NCBI GenBank assembly: GCA_963772835.1
Contig: CAVYYZ010000002.1
Location: forward strand, 160,001-224,000
Direction: 5' to 3'
Origin: an uncultured delta proteobacterium
GTDB lineage: Bacteria; Desulfobacterota; Desulfuromonadia; Geobacterales; Pseudopelobacteraceae
Length of the DNA: 64,000 bases
The notes under the pieces were generated by a model. It was not told where the DNA came from, ran no database searches, and worked only from the letters and a program-made list of their open reading frames with translations. Position numbers and translations under genes: made by a program. Within the stretch, counting starts at the first letter, position 1. The number at the start of each line of letters is the position of its first letter. Below, in pieces: positions 12,372 to 18,895 of this stretch.

Positions 12372-13559
12372 ATGAGCTTTAAAAAGAGTACTGCACTGTT
12401 CCTGTCCGCTGTATTGGCCCTGACTGTTGTTGCCGGATGCAAGAAGAAGGAAGAGGCGAAACCTGCTGATGCTCCGAAGGCAGCCTCAGACACAATCAAA
12501 ATCGGCTTCCTTGGCGCCCTGACCGGTGACGTCGCCATGTTCGGCAAACCGACACTGGAAGGAATGAAGATGGCCGCCGAAGATCTGAACGCCGCAGGTG
12601 GTGTTCTGGGCAAGAAGATCGAGATTGTTGAGGCCGATAACCGTGGAGACAAGCAGGAAGGCGCTTCCGTCACCCAGAAACTCATAAGCCGTGACAACGT
12701 AATCGCCATCGTTGGTGACCCTACCACCGGAATTACCAAAGTTGCCGCACCAATTGCCCAGAAGGCCGAAGTACTTCTCATTTCTGCCGGCGCAACCGGC
12801 CCCGGAGTTGTTGAAAACGGTGATTTCATTTTCCGCAACACACTGCTCGACAGCGTTGCCATTCCGGCCTGTATCGACTACTTTGCCAATGACCTCAAAT
12901 ACAAGAAGGTCGCCATCATCACATCTGACAACAACGACTACAGCGTTGGTTTCTCCCAGACGTTCCGCGATGCCGCCAAAGGGAAAGGCATCACAATTGT
13001 AGCCGATGAGAAGGTAAAAGACGGCGACAAGGACTTCAGCGGGCAGGTCACCAACATTAAAGCCAAGAAACCGGATGTCATCTTCTTCTCCGGCTACTAC
13101 ACCGAAGGTGCCTTGATCATGAAGGAAGCCCGAAAGCAGGGCGTCAAGGCCAACATGTTCGGCGGCGACGGCCTCTTCTCTCCCGAATTCATCAAACTGG
13201 GCGGTTCGGCAGTTGAAGGTTCCATGTCTGCACTCGGTTTTGCTCCTGAGCAGGCATCCCCTGAAACCGCAAAATTCATCGAAGCTTTCTCGAAGAAATT
13301 TGCCGGTCAGGTCCCCGGTCTGTTTGATGCACAGGGCTATGACGGAGTCATGATGATCGCTGATGCCATCAAACGCGCCAACAGCGCTGACCCTAAAGTA
13401 TTCAAAACAGCTATGGCTGCAACAAAGAATTTCAAAGGCGTTTCCGGCACAATTACAATCCGTGCCAACCGCGAGCCGATCAAGACTCCACTCTGCCTGT
13501 TGGCAGTCAAAGACGGCAAATTCGTCCTGAAAGCAAAAGTACCGGTCAAGATGGACTAA
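12372..13559 (+). CDS. branched-chain amino acid (LivK/LivJ-type) ABC substrate-binding lipoprotein
   Basis: lipobox VAGC, IKIGFLGALTG, DKDFSGQVTNIK, GGDG. Confidence 0.92.
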   Translation: MSFKKSTALFLSAVLALTVVAGCKKKEEAKPADAPKAASDTIKIGFLGALTGDVAMFGKPTLEGMKMAAEDLNAAGGVLGKKIEIVEADNRGDKQEGASVTQKLISRDNVIAIVGDPTTGITKVAAPIAQKAEVLLISAGATGPGVVENGDFIFRNTLLDSVAIPACIDYFANDLKYKKVAIITSDNNDYSVGFSQTFRDAAKGKGITIVADEKVKDGDKDFSGQVTNIKAKKPDVIFFSGYYTEGALIMKEARKQGVKANMFGGDGLFSPEFIKLGGSAVEGSMSALGFAPEQASPETAKFIEAFSKKFAGQVPGLFDAQGYDGVMMIADAIKRANSADPKVFKTAMAATKNFKGVSGTITIRANREPIKTPLCLLAVKDGKFVLKAKVPVKMD

Positions 13560-13596
13560 TCTGTAATAAGAGTTTTTTGATTTATTTAAAAACCGT

Positions 13597-13635
13597 AAAA
13601 CGCCGTGCAACCGTAACTGGTAGCACGGCGTTTTT
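13597..13635. terminator. bidirectional intrinsic terminator
   Basis: AAAACGCCGTGC...GCACGGCGTTTTT between convergent genes. Confidence 0.75.
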
Positions 13636-13669
13636 ATATGCATTCAGGAAAGTATCCACTACACTGTTC

Positions 13670-13738
13670 TTAACATTGTTTCTCAAACCAGGCGTCGTAA
13701 TCGTTTGCCTGTTCATTAAAAGGTGCTTTCTTGGTCAT
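13670..13738 (-). pseudogene. truncated N-terminus of a class I SAM methyltransferase (22 aa)
   Basis: MTKKAPFNEQANDYDAWFEK resembles the F..A..YD.WF start of Methyltransf_11-type enzymes, then stops. Confidence 0.6.
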
Positions 13739-13776
13739 TGCGGTTCTCGACTGCCGCACGGGGAACAAGGGGCTCA

Positions 13777-14355
13777 TCAGGTACAAGGTTTTCTGAAAAG
13801 CAGACCATAGTGGTATGGCGGCAGGTCGTAGCGGTTGCTCTCGATGAAAGGGAAACCGGCCTCTCCTCCCCATTCGATACACTGTTCCGGTCGGGGCCGA
13901 ATCTCCATGGCCGGACCGCGAGGCGTAGTGGGGTCGTAGTTCCAGTGGATCACCGCCAGCATTCCATTCGGCTTGAGTACGCGGCGAGCCTCCTTCATCA
14001 AGGCTACCGGCTCTTCGTGATGCAGGATATTGAAGAGCAGGACAGCATCCATGGAATTGTTGTCCAGTCCGGTTCCCTCAGCTACAAAATCGCGCACTGT
14101 TGCCTGCACATTTGCGATGCGGGCTTCGTCGCATTTTTGCCGAACTACAGCAACCATCTCGGGCTCAATGTCCAGGGCATGGACGGTTCCAGCCGCAATT
14201 CCAGCAGCAGCAAGAGAAAATGTTCCATAACCGCAACCGAATTCCACCAGATCTTGTACTCCCCGGTCAAGTCCGAATACCGCAAAAACCCTGGCCGGAT
14301 CGAAAAAACCGGTCCACATTTCTTCGTCGGGCATGCCACTGTCACGGACTTTCAT
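13777..14355 (-). CDS. class I SAM-dependent methyltransferase
   Basis: motif I VEFGCGYG, ALDIEPEM, RVLKPNG. Confidence 0.9.
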   Translation of the reverse strand: MKVRDSGMPDEEMWTGFFDPARVFAVFGLDRGVQDLVEFGCGYGTFSLAAAGIAAGTVHALDIEPEMVAVVRQKCDEARIANVQATVRDFVAEGTGLDNNSMDAVLLFNILHHEEPVALMKEARRVLKPNGMLAVIHWNYDPTTPRGPAMEIRPRPEQCIEWGGEAGFPFIESNRYDLPPYHYGLLFRKPCT

Positions 14356-14940
14356 GTTTTTCCCCTTGAGTCAATTCCTGCTCAATATAAGCCTGCATTC
14401 TGTCTGCCGACGTAGCAACATCCAACGACACCCACTCGTCATTGACATGCACCGTGGTTGAGCCCCTCAATTCATGCTTAGCAGCCTCTTCTGAATCCAC
14501 CAGATGAAGCGCCACGTCTATCTTCTCTCCAAAACGATCCTTCTTTTTAGCGGCTATGGTTGTGATCAAAGAGTGGAGATCTGCAGACGTCACCGGACAC
14601 AGCAAGCACCCCCTGCTGTAAGCTTTTCCCGGTCAAGGTCATCCTTTGATTTGCGATTGGGGGTTTCTCCTTCTCCGAGTAGCGCTATTAAAGTTAACGC
14701 CAATTTTGGGCGACTGGCATAATAGCACCGCTGCGCCCCGTCCTGTGCAAAGTCAACCAGCCGCGCGTTGCGCAACACGGTCAAATGTTGAGAGATATTC
14801 GACTGGGACGCCGGCAGAATATCCTGAATATCGGTCACACACTTGGTGCCCTTCAGTAACTCGGCGACAATCTGGAGGCGTGTTGGGTGAGCAAGGGCTT
14901 TGAGCAATTCGGCCCACTCGTTTGCAGTATTTAAATCCAC
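14342..14940 (-). pseudogene. ArsR/SmtB metalloregulator fused to a C-terminal thioredoxin-like/unknown domain, split by a 2-nt frameshift
   Basis: GTG start 14940 after AGGAG; KALAHPTRLQI, SQSNISQHL; removing GT from TGTGT (14597-14601) joins GGACC to PVTSADLH..., giving 198 aa. The 116-aa ArsR part may still work. Confidence 0.7.
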
Positions 14941-14955
14941 AGGATCTCCTTGCAC

Positions 14956-14978
14956 ATATTCGAATATCCTAATGTCAA
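14956..14978 (-). promoter_or_regulatory. ArsR-type operator overlapping promoter
   Basis: perfect palindrome ATATTCGAATAT (14956-14967) just downstream of TTGACA (14973-14978). Confidence 0.55.
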
Positions 14979-15031
14979 CTAAATCAAGCAAAAGCAATTG
15001 AAACTTTTGTGAAAGCCTTCGTTTTGTATTC

Positions 15032-17288
15032 TCACAATACTCCATGTTTTTTCTGGAAATACCCGAGTAAAAGTAGGCCATTGAACACCACCAGCAGACT
15101 GCCACCCATATCGGCAAAAACCGCCATCCAGAGTGTTGCATAGCCACTGAGTGCCAGCGAGAAGAACACAACCTTGATACCAAGTGCCAAAAAGATATTC
15201 TGCTTCAAGATCGATGCGCAGCGCCGACTCAGCCCAATGAAACCGGCAATCTTGCGCGGATCGTCGTCCATGATTGCCACATCGGCTGTTTCCAGCGCAG
15301 TAGCGGTGCCGGCAGCACCCATGGCAAATCCGATGTCTGCCCGTGCCAAAGCAGGGGCATCGTTAATTCCGTCACCGACCATGCCGATTGCGCCATAGCG
15401 CTCTTTAAGCTCAGCGATTGCTGCTTGTTTGTTTTCCGGCATCATATTACCGCGGGCATCTTGAATCCCGAGGAGATCAGCAATTGCGCGGGCATTGGCC
15501 GAATTATCTCCCGTCAGCATTACCGGTTCGACGTGCAGCGCCCGGAGCATTGCCACCGCCTCCAAACTCTCAGCCCGAATCGTATCGGCTACACCAAACA
15601 GTGCAGCCGGACCGGAGACGGTGCACAGGATGACGGCGGTTTTTCCCGTATTTTCTATCACAGTGATTTTGTCTTCCAAATCAGGTGAGCAAATTGCTAA
15701 CTCTTCGACAAGATGGTGATTGCCAATATGCCACTGTTGGCCATCGATAGTGCCTTTGACACCGTGACCGTTCAGTACGCCAAAATTTTCTACCGGTAAC
15801 AGCCTGACATTCGGCTGTTGCTCCCGCCATCCGGCAACCAGGGCTTTAGCGACCGGATGAGTGCTATGGTCGTCAAGACTGGCCGCGATCAGCAAGGCCC
15901 GCTCAATCGGCATGTCGCCAAACGCGGACTGCGTCGGTCAACGCCAGTTTGCCATTGGTCAGCGTCCCGGTCTTGTCGAGTGCAACAGCTTTTAACAGAC
16001 CACCACCTTCGAGGTAGGTACCACCTTTGATAAGAATACCGTGCCGGGCTGCCGCCGTAAGTCCACTGACAACCGTGACCGGAGTGGACACCACCAGGGC
16101 GCAGGGACAGGCGATAACCAGCATCACGAGTGCTTTATAGAGCCAGTATGACCAGTCTCCGCCGATCAAGACCGGACCAAGAACCGCCACCGCAATGGCG
16201 AAGGCTACTACCGCCGGAGTGTAATAGTAAGCGAACTGATCGACAAAACGCTGCGTCGGGGCACGTTGTGATTGAGCGTCCTGAATGGCGGCGGCGATAC
16301 GAGCCAGAGTACTGTCACCGGCAACACTTGTTACAGTTGCTTCTACTACTCCATCGGTAACGATGCTGCCGGCAAACAGTGAGTCACCAACCTGTTTATC
16401 CACCGGCAGGCTTTCACCCGTGATCGGAGCCTGGTCGAGAGCAGCACGACCGGACTCGACTCGTGCATCAAGCGGAACTCGTGAACCGGTGCGAATCCGG
16501 ATACGACTACCGATACTAACTTCGGCTACCGGTTGTTCCTGCCAGTCATTATCGACTTTGACCTCAGCAAACTCCGGGGCCAGCGCAGCCAGCGATTTGA
16601 TGGCGTTACGAACCCGTTCCAGTGAAAGCGCTTCGATGGCCTCAGCTATGGCGAACAGAAAAATTACCATCGCCGCTTCCGGCCATTTACCGATGATGAT
16701 GGCACCAGCTGTCGCCAGTGACATCAGGAAATAGATGTTGAGGGTCATGTTTCGAAGCGCAATCCACCCTTTTTTAATTGTAGGGAGCCCTGCACTGAGG
16801 ATCGACACGACCGCTAAAACCAGCACCGGCCATGAAGCGTCCTGTCCTGTTGTCCAGGAGAAAACTTCGGCGCCGACCGCTGCAATTCCGCTGATGGCTA
16901 ACAACCATTTCTTTGTAGCACTCAGTCCCGAAGGTGCTTCCGATTGTGGTTCCCCACCTTCAAGCAGTCTCGGAGCCATGTCCAATTTTACCAGAGCGGA
17001 AACAATAGGCTGAGGATCGTCAAGCTGATGGTTCACCGTCAATTCGCGATCCAGGAGATTGAAATCAAGTCGAACAATGCCCAGCATTGGCCCCAGTTTA
17101 TTACGGATCAACTGCTCTTCTGTCGGGCAGTCCATGTTCTCGATGCGGTATCGCACCCGATTGGTGCCTTCGGGTAACGGGAGACGTATCGTTGCGGTGC
17201 AGTTTACTGTTGGAGAGACAGAACAACATTCGTCCGCACAAACATGGTGATGGATTAGCTCAGGTTTTTGCTTGTCATGCTGGTTCAT
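15032..17288 (-). pseudogene. Zn/Cd/Pb P1B-2 ATPase (ZntA/CadA-like), +1 frameshift
   Basis: [28 protein letters not shown] and DMG in the last helices; extra base at 15926-15927 splits it; corrected length 751 aa from ATG 17288. Confidence 0.88.
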
Positions 17289-17316
17289 AGTGGCACACCT
17301 CCTCAGATGTGCTATC

Positions 17317-17347
17317 ATTAAACAGCCTGTACCTACTACAGGGTCAA
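17317..17347 (-). promoter_or_regulatory. MerR-type promoter with CadR/PbrR operator
   Basis: TTGACC-N19-TTTAAT; spacer holds dyad CCTGTAGTAGGTACAGG. Confidence 0.85.
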
Positions 17348-17368
17348 GATATTTTTTTAGAGGTGCGT

Positions 17369-17806
17369 ATGAAAATCGGAGAACTGGCACAACGGAGCGG
17401 CTGCAAAGTTGAAACGGTGCGTTTTTACGAGCGGGAAGGCTTGTTGGAGGCACCGGAACGTGATGACAATGGTTACCGCAATTACACCAATGAGCATTTG
17501 GTGCAGCTCAACTTCATCCGCCATTGCCGTTTGTTGAACATGGGATTACCGGATGTGCGCATATTGCGCGGTTTACAAAGCCAACCCGAACTGGCTTGTG
17601 ATGAAATTAACCATTTAATCGATGGCAAAATAGAGCATGTCAAGCAACAGATCGGAGCACTTCATCTGTTAGAGCAGCAATTACAACTATTGCGAGACAC
17701 CTGCAATTCGGCCACACGTGTGGGCGAATGCGAGATATTACGTAATCTGGAGCAGGCTGCGGAGGGTAAGGATTGTTCTTGTCATCCACACAGTGAGGTG
17801 GATTGA
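17369..17806 (+). CDS. cadR: MerR-family Cd/Pb-responsive regulator (CadR/PbrR-like)
   Basis: MKIGELA, VETVRFYEREGLL, Cys triad plus CSCHPH tail; divergent from the ATPase. Confidence 0.85.
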   Translation: MKIGELAQRSGCKVETVRFYEREGLLEAPERDDNGYRNYTNEHLVQLNFIRHCRLLNMGLPDVRILRGLQSQPELACDEINHLIDGKIEHVKQQIGALHLLEQQLQLLRDTCNSATRVGECEILRNLEQAAEGKDCSCHPHSEVD

Positions 17807-17840
17807 GGGCATCGTATCTGTTTAAAAAATGCCCCATGTA

Positions 17841-18887
17841 TCAGTGAATGTGCCGATGATGGGTGTCAGGCCAGTGAACGTGTGTATGGGTCAGTCGCTC
17901 ATGCACATGAAACTGGTCGTGATGCTCCGAATCACCCTCCCCTTCATGGGGGTGACGGTGATGTTCATCTTGATCATGTGAGTGTTGGTGACGATGTGAG
18001 ACCGCTTCATGAATATGGGGATGCTCGTGCCGTTCACGGTAAAGACATAAAACACCCGCTATCATCAGCGCTGCAGCAAACCAGAATAATCCAGGCGGGT
18101 GCTCGTTTAGCAGAATCAGAGAGGCAAACACTCCGATGAACGGACCAATGGCAAAGTAGGTGCTGCTGCGAGCCGAACCGATTTTGCGAAGCGCTCCTAT
18201 AAACAACACAAGGCTGGCGCCATAACTGAACGCACCGATCAGAAGCGCACCGCCAACCTGCTGAACGTCAATTGTTCCGAAACCGAGTACAGCGGCAAGA
18301 ACGATGTTAAACAGTCCGGCACAGTATCCCTTGATGGCGGCAAGAGCCGTTGCCGGCAAATCATCCACGTCACGGGTCAGGTTATTGTCGATACCCCAGA
18401 AAATGCAGGCCAACAGCACCAGTATCCCCGAAGTTGAGAATGCCAAACTCTCTGGTGATTTGAGGATTATAAACGCTGAAGCCAGTACAATCAGAACCTT
18501 CCCGCCCCACACATACCGGCTTACATGTTCTTTGAAAATCAGCCAGGCGATGATGGTTGTGGCGACGGTCTCCAGATTCAGCAGCAGGGCTACTTCCGAG
18601 GCTCTGCCATATTTTATGCCATAGACAAGGCACAAGGGCGCAATGACGCCGCCCGCAAGCACAGCACCCAAGAGCTTGAGCCGATGGATGCGGGAGATGC
18701 TTCGTGTTTCCCGGAAGATATTTATGCGCTGCCGTACCAGGATGAAAGATAACCCGATGCCGGAGCCGAGGTAGAGCAGACCGGCCAGGAGTACGGGTGA
18801 CATTTCACCTATTACCATTTTGCACAACACAGGTGAGATTCCGAAGAGTAATGCCGAGAGTGTCGCTAGTAGAGGACCGTGGCTCAT
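17841..18887 (-). CDS. DMT/EamA transporter with His-rich C-terminal tail
   Basis: 10 TM EamA pattern (LLLNLE, WGIDNN); 23 His in the last 62 residues. Confidence 0.88.
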   Translation of the reverse strand: MSHGPLLATLSALLFGISPVLCKMVIGEMSPVLLAGLLYLGSGIGLSFILVRQRINIFRETRSISRIHRLKLLGAVLAGGVIAPLCLVYGIKYGRASEVALLLNLETVATTIIAWLIFKEHVSRYVWGGKVLIVLASAFIILKSPESLAFSTSGILVLLACIFWGIDNNLTRDVDDLPATALAAIKGYCAGLFNIVLAAVLGFGTIDVQQVGGALLIGAFSYGASLVLFIGALRKIGSARSSTYFAIGPFIGVFASLILLNEHPPGLFWFAAALMIAGVLCLYRERHEHPHIHEAVSHRHQHSHDQDEHHRHPHEGEGDSEHHDQFHVHERLTHTHVHWPDTHHRHIH

Positions 18888-18895
18888 ATCGGCTC

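Noticed and set aside
12486..13643. 385-aa minus-strand ORF
   Set aside because: Antisense shadow of the livK-type gene; no motifs.
13656..13668. 13-mer CCACTACACTGTT also at ~38913, as possible att sites
   Set aside because: Several 13-mer matches are expected by chance in 64 kb; no integrase or tRNA, and the second copy is not at a block boundary.
14590..14592. TGA ending the ArsR ORF as a current Sec codon
   Set aside because: Read-through adds only RLQISTL before another TGA; the conserved-looking continuation is in a different frame.
14941..15183. Long N-terminal extensions in the ORF track (ArsR, also rpsL, zntA, cadR, livF, rarD, response regulator)
   Set aside because: They overlap neighbouring genes or promoters; downstream starts have SD sites and match family N-termini.
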